Virus record (IMG/VR): IMGVR_UViG_3300029268_000052
Coordinates: 1-37,992 of that record
Direction: 5' to 3' (one strand)
Length of the DNA: 37,992 nucleotides
Origin: a virus
Lineage: Duplodnaviria; Caudoviricetes
A program made the position numbers and the translations under genes. Under the pieces are notes generated by a model. It saw nothing but the letters and a program-made list of their open reading frames with translations. It had not been told where the DNA came from and made no database searches. Below, in pieces: positions 1 to 9,990 of the stretch (positions are counted from its first letter, which is position 1; each line of letters begins with the position of its first letter).

Positions 1-279
1 ATGTTTAATATATCGGTGGATAGTTATAAGGGTGTAATATCACAAGATAGAAGTTATGTGTTATTCAATAATAAAAAAATAGATTTGGAACCAACTGATA
101 TTATTCTATTAAATGGTGCAGTATTTCGTAATGAAACTGGTGTTGTAAATCAAGTTATGACGGATATTTACGGTGATAGAAAGAAATACAAAGGTTTAAT
201 GACACAAGACGCTATGGATTTGGATGAATTAAAAAGAGAAGAGTCTGAATTAGTTAAAGAATTAAGTGGCGACATCTAA
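1..279 (+). CDS. hypothetical protein (probably 5'-truncated by the window edge)
   Basis: ORF from position 1; no recognisable motif. Confidence 0.6.
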   Translation: MFNISVDSYKGVISQDRSYVLFNNKKIDLEPTDIILLNGAVFRNETGVVNQVMTDIYGDRKKYKGLMTQDAMDLDELKREESELVKELSGDI

Positions 280-510
280 TGTTATCATTTCATTATAATC
301 TTTTATGAGTCTTTGTGTATTATTTATTACACTATATGTCATTTTCAATATTAATGATGATTGTTTTTCTACTATCCAATTCCATATTCTCACAAATATG
401 TTTTTTATTTCTATTCTTTGCATAATTTTATCTACGAATCCTTCAGATGGAGAATCTTCCGGAAAGGATTGAAAAATTTTTCTTAATAAATCATCATCTA
501 ATTCTTTCAT
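262..510 (-). CDS. small protein resembling the N-terminus of Bacteroidota ECF anti-sigma factors
   Basis: DDDLLRKIF...EDSPSEGFVDKIMQRI motif; 4-nt overlap with the upstream ORF. Confidence 0.5.
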   Translation of the reverse strand: MKELDDDLLRKIFQSFPEDSPSEGFVDKIMQRIEIKNIFVRIWNWIVEKQSSLILKMTYSVINNTQRLIKDYNEMITLDVAT

Positions 511-740
511 TCTTCAAAAGTTGCTTCTTTCGGTGTAACTGGTTGTAATTTTACTAAATCCAAAGTATCATCTTCAAAAGTTGTTTCTGTTGGTGTAATT
601 GGTCTTAATAATTCTATGTTTATATATTCATTTTTTACAGGTGTTGAATTTAAATTCATATTCATTCCACCATCTGCTAATGTTACATTTGATATAATCA
701 ATAACATTATTACTATAATCTTTTTCATAATCTTTTTCAT
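507..740 (-). CDS. small secreted protein with two L.P.TP.E.TFE(D/E) repeats
   Basis: Signal peptide MKKIIVIMLLIISNVTLA; repeats LRPITPTETTFEDD and LQPVTPKEATFEE. Confidence 0.75.
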   Translation of the reverse strand: MKKIMKKIIVIMLLIISNVTLADGGMNMNLNSTPVKNEYINIELLRPITPTETTFEDDTLDLVKLQPVTPKEATFEE

Positions 741-763
741 AATCTTTTGTTTTATTTTGATAG

Positions 764-792
764 TTAGACTAACGACCTCGAAAAAGGTTACA
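764..792 (-). promoter_or_regulatory. putative ECF sigma promoter
   Basis: Minus strand TGTAAC-N17-GTCTAA upstream of 507..740; matches the ECF AAC / GTC promoter architecture. Confidence 0.5.
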
Positions 793-797
793 AAAAT

Positions 798-807
798 TAA
801 TATATAA
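798..807 (+). promoter_or_regulatory. recurrent phage promoter-like motif TAATATATAA (representative copy)
   Basis: Same motif about 5-25 nt upstream of starts at 17955, 20006, 28462, 29841 and 30044 (+) and at 14430, 32790, 35788 and 37081 (-). Confidence 0.6.
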
Positions 808-823
808 AAGAAAAATATTTTGT

Positions 824-2161
824 ATGATTTATTCTTTTTCCGAATTTTTAAATGAAGGGTATGGAAACTTTGAAGGTTCTATTCAATTTAATGATTGGTC
901 TGATTTTAAAGAAAAATTAAAGACTGCAATTTCAACAGGTTTTAAAACAGAAGAAGAACTTGTTAATTTGATGGGAATGAACTATGATAGATATACTAAA
1001 ATAAGAGAAAACATGATTATGAATTGGAAAGATTCAGTTTCCAAATCATTGTTACATAGTATAGCACAAATAGGACAAAAAATTCCACAAAAAGGGGCAA
1101 ATATTTTTAAAGACCTTAAACAACAAACTCAATTTTTAATTATTGCTGATGGTGGATTACAAACCAGAAACGCTTTTGGTGATACCAATGGTGTAGAGGG
1201 ACTTGGTATATTAAATAAAATGGTAGATTTACAAAGAATCAAAAATAAGGATCCAAAAAATACCAAATTTGATTGGGATCTTAAAAAAGATGTAATGAAA
1301 AATTATATTGATTTTAATGGTGTTCCAGCATATACAATTTTCAATAAAGTTAGTGAAATAAATCCAGATAGAGCTTCAAATGCTTTAAAAAGAGTTAATG
1401 AAATAGTTCAATATGTTTGGTTATATTCTTTCTATCATCATTATAAATTAAAAAAAGATAAACCCAAATTACCTAAATATTTATATAGGGGGATTAGATC
1501 AGGTTGGTTAGAAGGAAATATCATTGAAGATTTAAAGAAAAAAGCTTCAGGTGATGGAAAAAAACATGAACAATATACAAAAATTTATATTGATTCTTTA
1601 ATTAATTATATTGTAGAAAATGGTATATCAAAAATATCCACAGGTAAGTTATTATCATTTACAGAATCAAGAGATATAGCGGCTTATTTCGCTAATAAAG
1701 AGGGTATTATTTTAAGAGTCGATCCTAAAAAAGTTGAAATTGTTACATCACCAAAAACAGAAGAATTTTTTCAGGAAGCTGATTATGTTTCTAATAAAAA
1801 AGAGAAAGAATATATTATTAAGGTTCCAGTAAATTATAAATTTACAAAAGATGATATTGAAATTGTTCATGGTGATTATTGGTTGGGTGATAATAGTCCT
1901 TTAGCTGTTCAATTTTTTGACCATGATACTAAAAAAGCAACATATAAAATAAACGGTATTGGTATTAAAGCACAATATGTTTGGAAAAATAATACCAGTG
2001 GTGGAATCAGATTCTGGAATACTGATGTTGATAATCGTGGTTGGGATGATTATTCAAGAAGAGATTTTAAGAAAAAATTTGGGTTTGATCCGATGCCAAC
2101 CGAAGAAAATATGAATCAAATAACTGAATTTGAAATATCAGAAGTAAAAAATAGATGGTAA
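824..2161 (+). CDS. ADP-ribosyltransferase-like protein (R-S-E type, Alt-like), putative virion-packaged
   Basis: YLYRGI ... LLSFTES ... EKEYII catalytic pattern; N-terminus MIYSFSEFLNE. Confidence 0.7.
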   Translation: MIYSFSEFLNEGYGNFEGSIQFNDWSDFKEKLKTAISTGFKTEEELVNLMGMNYDRYTKIRENMIMNWKDSVSKSLLHSIAQIGQKIPQKGANIFKDLKQQTQFLIIADGGLQTRNAFGDTNGVEGLGILNKMVDLQRIKNKDPKNTKFDWDLKKDVMKNYIDFNGVPAYTIFNKVSEINPDRASNALKRVNEIVQYVWLYSFYHHYKLKKDKPKLPKYLYRGIRSGWLEGNIIEDLKKKASGDGKKHEQYTKIYIDSLINYIVENGISKISTGKLLSFTESRDIAAYFANKEGIILRVDPKKVEIVTSPKTEEFFQEADYVSNKKEKEYIIKVPVNYKFTKDDIEIVHGDYWLGDNSPLAVQFFDHDTKKATYKINGIGIKAQYVWKNNTSGGIRFWNTDVDNRGWDDYSRRDFKKKFGFDPMPTEENMNQITEFEISEVKNRW

Positions 2162-2283
2162 TTATTTTATATTTTCAGAAGCCAAATTATACCATTTCAA
2201 TCTTAGATTGAATAAAATATAACAATTATCCATTTTTCCATATTTTTAAAACAATATATAAAGATAAACATATAATTATAAAT

Positions 2284-3480
2284 ATGGGAAAATTAAAATG
2301 GACAAAAGAAAAATGTCAAAATGAGGCATTAAAATATTCAAAAAAACACGATTTCATAAAGGGGTGTGGAAGTGCATATAATTCTGCATATGATAATGGA
2401 TGGTTAAATGACATATGTAAACACATGATATCTCCTTATAAAAAGTCTGGTTTTTGGAGTAAAGAAGAATGTCAAAAAGAATCAAATAAATATCTTTTTA
2501 GAAATGATTTTAAAAATGGTAGTCCAGTTGCTTATTCTGTCTCATTGGAAAATAAATGGATGGATGAATTATGTAATCATATGGAGAAAAAAAGAAAAGG
2601 AATAGAATATTGGACCAAAGAAAAATGTCAAGAAATTTCATTGAAGTATGATAGTAAAACAAAATTAGCCAGAAATGAACCAACTTTATATAAAATTTCA
2701 TTGAGAATGAAATGGTTAGATGAAATCTGTTATCATATGAAAAAAAACGGTAATAGATTAAATAAATGTATATATGCTTATGAATTTTCAGATAAAAGTG
2801 TTTATATAGGTTTAACATACAATGTTGATGATAGATGTACGAGACATAAAAATGATAGTGGAAGTCAAGTCTTTAAACATTCTCTAAAATTTCAGTCAAC
2901 TTTTAAAACATTAACTGATTATGTAAATGTCAATGTCGCATCTAATTTGGAGGGTGAATTTGTTCAAAAATATAAAAATGATGGGTGGTTAATTTTAAAT
3001 AAAATTAAAACTGGTGGAATTGGTGGAAATGTAATTAAATGGAATAAAGAAAAATGTCAAGAAGAATCTTTAAAATATAATAAGAGAAGTGATTTCGCTA
3101 AACATTCACCATGTGCGTATTCATCAGCTATAAAACATAATTGGTTGGATGATATATGTATACATATGATTCTAAGTCATATTAGGAAAAGAGATAAAGA
3201 AGAATGTCGATTGAATGCATTAAAATGTAAAAATATATCATCATTCAAATCAAAATATGAAGGTTCTTATAATATTGCCTTGAAAAACAATTGGTTAAAT
3301 GATATTTGTGGTCATATGAAAAACAATAGACATTGGGATAAAGATAAATGTCAAATTGAAGCTTTAAAATATAATCAAAAATACGATTTTAAGAAATCTT
3401 GTGGGAGTGCTTATTCAACGGCTTATAATAATGGATGGTTAAATGAAATATGTTCACATATGAAAAAATTAAAAAATTAA
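2284..3480 (+). CDS. GIY-YIG homing endonuclease with tandem WTKEKC...NGWL..IC.HM repeats
   Basis: CIYAYEFSDKSVYIGLT motif flanked by about six 50-aa repeats. Confidence 0.8.
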   Translation: MGKLKWTKEKCQNEALKYSKKHDFIKGCGSAYNSAYDNGWLNDICKHMISPYKKSGFWSKEECQKESNKYLFRNDFKNGSPVAYSVSLENKWMDELCNHMEKKRKGIEYWTKEKCQEISLKYDSKTKLARNEPTLYKISLRMKWLDEICYHMKKNGNRLNKCIYAYEFSDKSVYIGLTYNVDDRCTRHKNDSGSQVFKHSLKFQSTFKTLTDYVNVNVASNLEGEFVQKYKNDGWLILNKIKTGGIGGNVIKWNKEKCQEESLKYNKRSDFAKHSPCAYSSAIKHNWLDDICIHMILSHIRKRDKEECRLNALKCKNISSFKSKYEGSYNIALKNNWLNDICGHMKNNRHWDKDKCQIEALKYNQKYDFKKSCGSAYSTAYNNGWLNEICSHMKKLKN

Positions 3481-3483
3481 ATT

Positions 3484-4227
3484 ATGTATGATTTAAAATG
3501 TGGTGATTGTTTACAACTAATGAAAGATATTTCAAATAAAAGTGTAGATATGATTCTTTGTGATTTACCTTATAATGTTACTCAAAATAAAAAAGATATT
3601 TCTCTTCCATTTAATTTGTTATGGGAACAATATGAAAGAATAATAAAGGATAATGGAATTATATGTTTGTTCGCTCAAGGAATTTTTTATGTAGATTTGG
3701 TAAATAGTAATAGAAAAATGTTTAAATATGATTTAATCTGGGATAAAGAATTAATAACAGGATTTTTGAATGCTAAAAAAATGCCACTTAGATCACACGA
3801 ACAGATAGCCATCTTTTATAAAAAAACTCCGCAATATTTTCCCCAAATGATAACAGGGAGTCCATTACATTCGAAAGGAATAAAATACATTGAAAAAATT
3901 CCAAAGAATAATAATTATGGTAAATTTAATGTTGTTAATGATGATAGATGTGGAGAAATAAAAAAATATCCAAAATCTATATGGAAATTTAAAAAACCCC
4001 ATCCAAGTATTTCTAAACACCCAACAGAAAAGTCCATTTTATTATTAGAAGAATTAATCAAAACATATACAAAAAATGGGGATTTGGTATTAGATAATTG
4101 TATGGGGAGTGGGACAACAGGTATAGCCTGTTTAAAAACCAATAGAAATTTTATTGGAATAGAAATAGATCGTGATTATTTTGAAATATCAAAAAATAGA
4201 ATTGAAAATCTAATTCTTGGAAAATAA
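3484..4227 (+). CDS. N6-adenine/N4-cytosine DNA methyltransferase (beta class)
   Basis: DLPY catalytic motif, HPTEKS, DNCMGSGTTG SAM-binding motif. Confidence 0.9.
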   Translation: MYDLKCGDCLQLMKDISNKSVDMILCDLPYNVTQNKKDISLPFNLLWEQYERIIKDNGIICLFAQGIFYVDLVNSNRKMFKYDLIWDKELITGFLNAKKMPLRSHEQIAIFYKKTPQYFPQMITGSPLHSKGIKYIEKIPKNNNYGKFNVVNDDRCGEIKKYPKSIWKFKKPHPSISKHPTEKSILLLEELIKTYTKNGDLVLDNCMGSGTTGIACLKTNRNFIGIEIDRDYFEISKNRIENLILGK

Positions 4228-5133
4228 TTATCCAAATATTTTTTGGAATGGTATCAAATTACCATGTGGGTTATGTTCTCTATAACTATTATGGTCATCA
4301 AATATCGCAAATATAATTTTATCAAAATATCCACTAAATTCATTTTCGATCACATCCCTAAATATTTCAGCTATTTGTTCGGGTGGATTACCATATGCAC
4401 CACAACCAAAAGCGGATAATACCATTTCTCTATGTCCTTGTTCGTGAGCTATTTGAAAAATCATTTTTATTTTTTCTCTATTCATTTTCAAATCAGCTTC
4501 GGACATTTTACCATCTTTCAACATTGGTCTTTTTACCGCAGATACACTAATCATTGATACTTTGAAAGGTGAACTTAATAAATAATATCCATTCTTTTCA
4601 GATCCTCTAAAAACAGTTATATCTTTTGAATATATCCCATCTAAATTTAATAATGGATAACCAAAAGACATATTTTTTTTGATTCCATAGACTTCACTAT
4701 AATGTGTGAATTGATATAATGATTTAAAAAGATTTGTTCTTCTAAATATGTTTTCTTCCTGAGCGGCAGAACCGTTAACTACTCCACCACCCGGATTTTT
4801 ATAACTTGCCATATTTAAAATAACTGGATTTTTTAAAAATCTAGCAGATTCTAAACAATCAGCATCAATTATTGAAATTTTTACATTATCTTCCGGTAAA
4901 TCATTTAGAAAATCTTCTATTTGTGTATCTCTATTTGGAAATTGCTTATTTTTGAAGAATACGGTGTTTTCTGCAACTTTTGAACTATCAATAAGGATTT
5001 CTTCATCTGCAAAATATCTCCCATTCTGGACTATTTTAACAGTATTTTCCCATACATCAATTAAAAGTTCCTTTTTCTTTTCAAGAGATGATTTTCTGTA
5101 ATCACTAGACCATTTTATAGCGTCCCATTCCAT
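4228..5133 (-). CDS. TIGR02452/DUF2263 microbial PARG-like macro-domain protein
   Basis: LNMAS..NPGGG...GSAAQEE and LSAFGCGAYGNPP motifs. Confidence 0.9.
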   Translation of the reverse strand: MEWDAIKWSSDYRKSSLEKKKELLIDVWENTVKIVQNGRYFADEEILIDSSKVAENTVFFKNKQFPNRDTQIEDFLNDLPEDNVKISIIDADCLESARFLKNPVILNMASYKNPGGGVVNGSAAQEENIFRRTNLFKSLYQFTHYSEVYGIKKNMSFGYPLLNLDGIYSKDITVFRGSEKNGYYLLSSPFKVSMISVSAVKRPMLKDGKMSEADLKMNREKIKMIFQIAHEQGHREMVLSAFGCGAYGNPPEQIAEIFRDVIENEFSGYFDKIIFAIFDDHNSYREHNPHGNLIPFQKIFG

Positions 5134-5499
5134 TTATTTCTCGTATTTAATTTTTAATTCTTCCAAAAGTTTTAATTCTCTTTCTCTATCTTGAATTTCA
5201 TTTTCTATTTCTCTTTGTTTCCTTTTTTCATAGAATCTTCTTTCTTCATCTTCACAAGCAATTTCATAATCACTTTCAGATATCAATCCAAGTTCCACTA
5301 ATGGTTCATATGTATTATCTACTTCATAATCAAAAATATTACATATGTAATGTGTTTGATCGAATCCATCTGTTTTATCTTCACATCTAAATATAACAAA
5401 TGAATCATCTGTAAATCTTATCCATAGATCATCAAAAGATTCATAATAGTTTTTAATAGTTTTACCTATTAAATCTTTTTTTATTATAATTTGTTTCAT
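5134..5499 (-). CDS. hypothetical protein
   Basis: ORF in a tightly packed minus-strand operon. Confidence 0.7.
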   Translation of the reverse strand: MKQIIIKKDLIGKTIKNYYESFDDLWIRFTDDSFVIFRCEDKTDGFDQTHYICNIFDYEVDNTYEPLVELGLISESDYEIACEDEERRFYEKRKQREIENEIQDRERELKLLEELKIKYEK

Positions 5500-5984
5500 A
5501 ATATTACCGTATTAAGTATTTCTATCGCTTCTTTAAGACATTTACCATCAAATCCTTTTGTCGGATCCACTTTTACAAAATTATTCATCTGTTCTAATAA
5601 CATATCAGATTGATCATCTAATATAACATAACTTTCAATGAAATTAACGACAACTTCGCCATTTATAAATTCCATTGTTGTATTCTTTTCAATCCAAGAT
5701 TGTATTTCAAATCCTCTTGGTACTTTTGGTGTCCCATATATTGGATCTTCGATGTGAAATATCGGTGTTTCACCAATTATATCAGCTTTAACACCATTTT
5801 TTTCCAATACCTTTTTAACAAAGTCTAATCCATTTGAATTTTTCCATGTTGAAGTAATAACAATTTTTGCATCCGTTTTTCTAACCAATTCGTTGATATT
5901 GTCTATGTTTCTTCCGTTAAAACCAGTATCTTGAACTTTTTTAAGAACGCCGTCAATATCAAGAAATATAACTTTTATTTTCAT
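5496..5984 (-). CDS. HAD-family phosphatase (Swiss-army-knife RNA repair type)
   Basis: FLDIDGVL, IVITSTW, RGFEI, YVILDD motifs. Confidence 0.85.
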   Translation of the reverse strand: MKIKVIFLDIDGVLKKVQDTGFNGRNIDNINELVRKTDAKIVITSTWKNSNGLDFVKKVLEKNGVKADIIGETPIFHIEDPIYGTPKVPRGFEIQSWIEKNTTMEFINGEVVVNFIESYVILDDQSDMLLEQMNNFVKVDPTKGFDGKCLKEAIEILNTVIL

Positions 5985-6010
5985 TATAAAAAATTATTGA
6001 TGAATATGAT

Positions 6011-6739
6011 TTATTCTTTTGACAATTCATCAAACCAATCATCTTTTTTCTTTGATAATTTTTTTGATATTTCATCTCTTTCTTTTTGAATTCTATCTAA
6101 TTTCTTATGCATTGATTCTATTTCTTTTGGAATAAGTGTTTTTCTTAATTCTAATAATGAATTATCCCAATTTGAATGATCTTCTTTTAAAATTACACTT
6201 TCCAAATCCGATATTTTATTTAATTCACCGATGTATCTATTCCAACAATTTTTTTTAAAATACCAATTATTTCTATCCGGATCTACTTCACCTTCTATAC
6301 AAAATGTTGCATTTGAAAAATAATCAAATTTTTCTAACCAACCCAAAATCCACACTTTGTTATGTTTTTTACTGACTCTTGTAAATAAATAATAATCACA
6401 TTCTTGTTTTATATTATCATTACATATACTAGTCGTGTATTCCGGTAAAGGTATTGAAGAACAACGTTTTGTTTTTACTTCAACTTTTCTATTCTTTTTA
6501 TCAAACATATCATAATGATATATTTTTTTCTTATCATATTCATCATTTTCTAGATGAATATTTGTTCTTTTGTATTTCAAATATTCAGAAACAGCTATTT
6601 CACCAATAAAAGCTGCTTGATTACCATCACCATTTGTAATAGAACCTTTTAAGATTCCCATTTCATCTGAATTATTTATTGCTTCATCTATCCATTCTTT
6701 TTTAATTTCCAGTTCAATAATATCTTTTTCATCAATCAT
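6011..6739 (-). CDS. putative PD-(D/E)xK-fold protein
   Basis: GEIAV...YD...VEVKTK pattern. Confidence 0.55.
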   Translation of the reverse strand: MIDEKDIIELEIKKEWIDEAINNSDEMGILKGSITNGDGNQAAFIGEIAVSEYLKYKRTNIHLENDEYDKKKIYHYDMFDKKNRKVEVKTKRCSSIPLPEYTTSICNDNIKQECDYYLFTRVSKKHNKVWILGWLEKFDYFSNATFCIEGEVDPDRNNWYFKKNCWNRYIGELNKISDLESVILKEDHSNWDNSLLELRKTLIPKEIESMHKKLDRIQKERDEISKKLSKKKDDWFDELSKE

Positions 6740-6770
6740 TCGTATTATTAGTAATTTTTGGCCTTATGGC

Positions 6771-7109
6771 TTATCTTATGTTTATTGGTTCCAAATTATT
6801 TATTTTTCTAATAGAATTAATAACATCCTGATTAGATTTAAGATTTTGAACGATTTCTTTTCCCATATTTATTCTTTCTTCTCGTTCTTTCAGATATTTT
6901 TCGTTAATATATTGAATATCTAAAATTTCTTTTCTGTTATGTGATATTCTAACACCTGACCAACCAAATCCATACCAACCATCGGTTTTTTCTGGAAATC
7001 CAGTTGTATAATTTTGTGTGTTCATATCAGCACTCCAATATTCAAATCCAACTGGTTTATCATCCCAGAATAATCTGAATAAAATGTAATGAAATTGTTT
7101 ATTTTCCAT
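6771..7109 (-). CDS. hypothetical protein
   Basis: ORF in operon. Confidence 0.65.
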   Translation of the reverse strand: MENKQFHYILFRLFWDDKPVGFEYWSADMNTQNYTTGFPEKTDGWYGFGWSGVRISHNRKEILDIQYINEKYLKEREERINMGKEIVQNLKSNQDVINSIRKINNLEPINIR

Positions 7110-7114
7110 AATAA

Positions 7115-7735
7115 TTATTTTTTTAATTGATTAATTAAATCATTTATACTTTCATACTCGATTTGTTTAAAAATATTTTCATCAACGGTTGACCATCCTT
7201 GTTTTCCTTTAAATGAAATCGGTATAATTGGTTTTACATTTTTATAGATATGACACCACAAATCTGGATTATATTTAACAAAACATTTATCTTCATCTTC
7301 TATTGTCATTTTTCTACAATCCACCAAATTACCAACCGCAATAGCATATCCACAAACATCGTCAAATTGTCCTAGTTCATATCCCAATGTATCAACTATT
7401 CTATGATATTGATATTCACCACAAATATTCATCACTTCATTCGATGAATAAGATTTTTTGCTAGCACAAATTAAAACCAGATCTCTATAATCAGTTTTCC
7501 ATGTTCTTGTTTCTATTTTACCATATAACATCAATGATGCAAATGGTTGTTTCCAACTTAAAGCTCTCATATTTCTTACTTTCTTTTTATTAAATAATGT
7601 TTGCATAGGCCATATGTAACATCCAAATTCTATTTCATGACAATCATCACATTGTGCAAATTCACCATCATTAATTAACATTCCATTATTTTCTGGTGTT
7701 AATTCTTCTCCACATTTAAAACAATAGTAATTCAT
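7115..7735 (-). CDS. ASCH-domain protein with N-terminal Cys-rich segment
   Basis: RALSWKQPFASL...GKIETRTW, KGKQG; CxxC...CxxC at the N-terminus; start moved to 7735 (TAATG overlap). Confidence 0.8.
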   Translation of the reverse strand: MNYYCFKCGEELTPENNGMLINDGEFAQCDDCHEIEFGCYIWPMQTLFNKKKVRNMRALSWKQPFASLMLYGKIETRTWKTDYRDLVLICASKKSYSSNEVMNICGEYQYHRIVDTLGYELGQFDDVCGYAIAVGNLVDCRKMTIEDEDKCFVKYNPDLWCHIYKNVKPIIPISFKGKQGWSTVDENIFKQIEYESINDLINQLKK

Positions 7736-7962
7736 TATAATTTTTTTAATAAATCCATACACATTTTAATTCCTTCGGCAACTCGATAATCAAATCCTTG
7801 ACTTTCTGGTGTCCAGTTGGCATATTTCCAATATAAATCATTCATTTCCAATAAAACTTTTTTTATATCATCAGATAATTGGAGTTTTTCGATTTCTATT
7901 ATATCCTTTTCATATAAATTTATATCTGGATCATTAGGATCTATTACATTTTCTTTTTCCAT
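7735..7962 (-). CDS. hypothetical protein
   Basis: ORF in operon. Confidence 0.65.
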   Translation of the reverse strand: MEKENVIDPNDPDINLYEKDIIEIEKLQLSDDIKKVLLEMNDLYWKYANWTPESQGFDYRVAEGIKMCMDLLKKL

Positions 7963-7968
7963 ATTTTA

Positions 7969-8223
7969 TTATTTTAATTTTTGTATTTCTTCAATTGTTA
8001 GGTTTTCCATTCTTTCATCATTCCAATTCGTGCAAGCAACAACTAATGCTTTACCCATATCAAAGTCACCACTATCACAGTAAGAAAAAATAGGATCGAA
8101 TTCATCATCATAAACTGTAACATAATCGTTTGAACGACTTGATTTGAAATACAACCAATGTTTTTCTACTGATCCGTATGCACCTTCGGATTCATATTCT
8201 ATTTTTTTGTAATTACTTCCCAT
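7969..8223 (-). CDS. hypothetical protein
   Basis: ORF in operon. Confidence 0.65.
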   Translation of the reverse strand: MGSNYKKIEYESEGAYGSVEKHWLYFKSSRSNDYVTVYDDEFDPIFSYCDSGDFDMGKALVVACTNWNDERMENLTIEEIQKLK

Positions 8224-8749
8224 TTTCTTTTAATATTGGTAATTCGTTATTTTCATTGATTGTGTCTTTGCACATTTTTAAAAAATCATTTAATATTTTT
8301 TCAAAATCATTTTCAAAATTATATAAATCTATAATTTTTTCAGTTCTGCTTGATAATTTTGTCCATTCAGTAACAGTTGTACTAAATACATAATCTTCTA
8401 TTTTTGATGCAACTAATTTTTCCGGAATACATTTTTCAAAATATTTCCAATTATACCAAGTCATAATAGGTAGATTTTCCATGTTTATTTCTTTTACATT
8501 CATATGAGTGGTATTTTCATCTAATGAAATAATTTCATTATCAAATTCCGTAATAAAATAACTAACGTGATATGGTAGTCTATCATCTTGAAACCAAATA
8601 CTAATACCATTTGGATTAGATCCTATTTTAACTGAAATTATAAAATTTTCAAATGTAAATGTTTCCGAATATGGTTGAAATATAGGGAAAAAAATATTAG
8701 ATGAAATTATATTTTTTAAATTGACTATTTTTTTATAATTACTTTCCAT
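8213..8749 (-). CDS. hypothetical protein
   Basis: ORF in operon. Confidence 0.65.
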   Translation of the reverse strand: MESNYKKIVNLKNIISSNIFFPIFQPYSETFTFENFIISVKIGSNPNGISIWFQDDRLPYHVSYFITEFDNEIISLDENTTHMNVKEINMENLPIMTWYNWKYFEKCIPEKLVASKIEDYVFSTTVTEWTKLSSRTEKIIDLYNFENDFEKILNDFLKMCKDTINENNELPILKENGK

Positions 8750-8752
8750 ATT

Positions 8753-9289
8753 TTATAATTTATAATTTCCAAAACCTTCTTTTTCGTAATCGAAAATAAC
8801 GTAATAACTTCCTGTTCTATAACGATATACTGTTTGTGTACCACGACGAAATGTTTCAATTGGTTCTACCCAACAATAACGAAATAGTGCATTTTTAAAT
8901 GTGAAATCATAATATGTTGGATGAATTACCCCTTTATATTCAAATATAAATACTGGATAATTACTACTTTTAGGTGTTCCAAAATCTCCAAATTTATTAT
9001 TATCTTGTTCTTTGGCATATTTTTCTATGATATGAAAATTGTCATTGAAAATTTTATCTTCTTCAAGATGTGGGTACATAAAAGGAATTCCAGTTTTTGA
9101 GTATTGAGTTTTTAATGGAATTTCATCATTGAAATTATTTATTATTGATCTCATCCATTCTTTACATTGGAATTTCAATTTTTCTTTATCTTCTTCATTC
9201 ATGATTCCAAAATCATGTCTGTAAGATAAACACACATTTCCGATGAATGATTCATCAGAAAATAATTTTTCTAAATTTTCTTTTTTCAT
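8753..9289 (-). CDS. hypothetical protein
   Basis: Start moved to MKKENL (ATGA overlap with the upstream gene). Confidence 0.65.
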   Translation of the reverse strand: MKKENLEKLFSDESFIGNVCLSYRHDFGIMNEEDKEKLKFQCKEWMRSIINNFNDEIPLKTQYSKTGIPFMYPHLEEDKIFNDNFHIIEKYAKEQDNNKFGDFGTPKSSNYPVFIFEYKGVIHPTYYDFTFKNALFRYCWVEPIETFRRGTQTVYRYRTGSYYVIFDYEKEGFGNYKL

Positions 9290-9552
9290 AATTCTTTTTC
9301 TGGTTTCACATAAAGGTACATTGGTAAATAAATATTGAATTCTGGAATGAAAACACACCTAACATCACATTGGGATTCTTTTATAAACCCACCACCTTCT
9401 GTTGGTGGACTAAATTCATATCCATTACCAATTTGTATAAAAGATTGCATCAATTTTCTAGCATCTTTGGTGACTTTATTCAATTTGCCATCTTCTGAAT
9501 AAAATAACTTTAATTGAAGTCCATCAATTTCTATTTTTACTATATTTTCCAT
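9286..9552 (-). CDS. hypothetical protein
   Basis: ORF in operon. Confidence 0.65.
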   Translation of the reverse strand: MENIVKIEIDGLQLKLFYSEDGKLNKVTKDARKLMQSFIQIGNGYEFSPPTEGGGFIKESQCDVRCVFIPEFNIYLPMYLYVKPEKEL

Positions 9553-9553
9553 A

Positions 9554-9715
9554 TTATAATAATTTATCCTTAATATCCTTTTTAATTAAGTATTCCACAT
9601 ACTCAGATTTACTTAGTCTTTTTTCTTCCAAGTATTTTTCTAATTTTTCATTCACTACATCATTTATAGTAATTGACATAGTAATTTTTTTATCCTTTAT
9701 TTTAGGTCTTCCCAT
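9554..9715 (-). CDS. small ribbon-helix-helix-like protein (53 aa, not in ORF track)
   Basis: MGRPKIKDKKITMSITINDVVNEKLEKYLEEKRLSKSEYVEYLIKKDIKDKLL. Confidence 0.7.
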   Translation of the reverse strand: MGRPKIKDKKITMSITINDVVNEKLEKYLEEKRLSKSEYVEYLIKKDIKDKLL

Positions 9716-9822
9716 ATAAAATTGTTCTTTTAAATTATATCATTTTTTTATCATTTAGTTTTAAGAAATGGAAAAATATGACTTTATTTAATTTATATAT
9801 AACAATAAAACATCAAGAAAAA

Positions 9823-9990
9823 ATGAAGAAAATCAAGACAAAAACAAATATTACAGTAGCTTTAAATCCTAAAATCAAAGAATATTTGATTGAAAATATT
9901 GAAAATTCATCCAAATACATAGAATATTTAATTATCAAAGATTTAATTGAAAATAATGTAATTGATAAAAACGAATTGAATGTATTATGA
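9823..9990 (+). CDS. small ribbon-helix-helix-like protein
   Basis: KTNITVALNPKIKEYL...NSSKYIEYLIIKDL; translationally coupled to the endonuclease. Confidence 0.6.
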   Translation: MKKIKTKTNITVALNPKIKEYLIENIENSSKYIEYLIIKDLIENNVIDKNELNVL

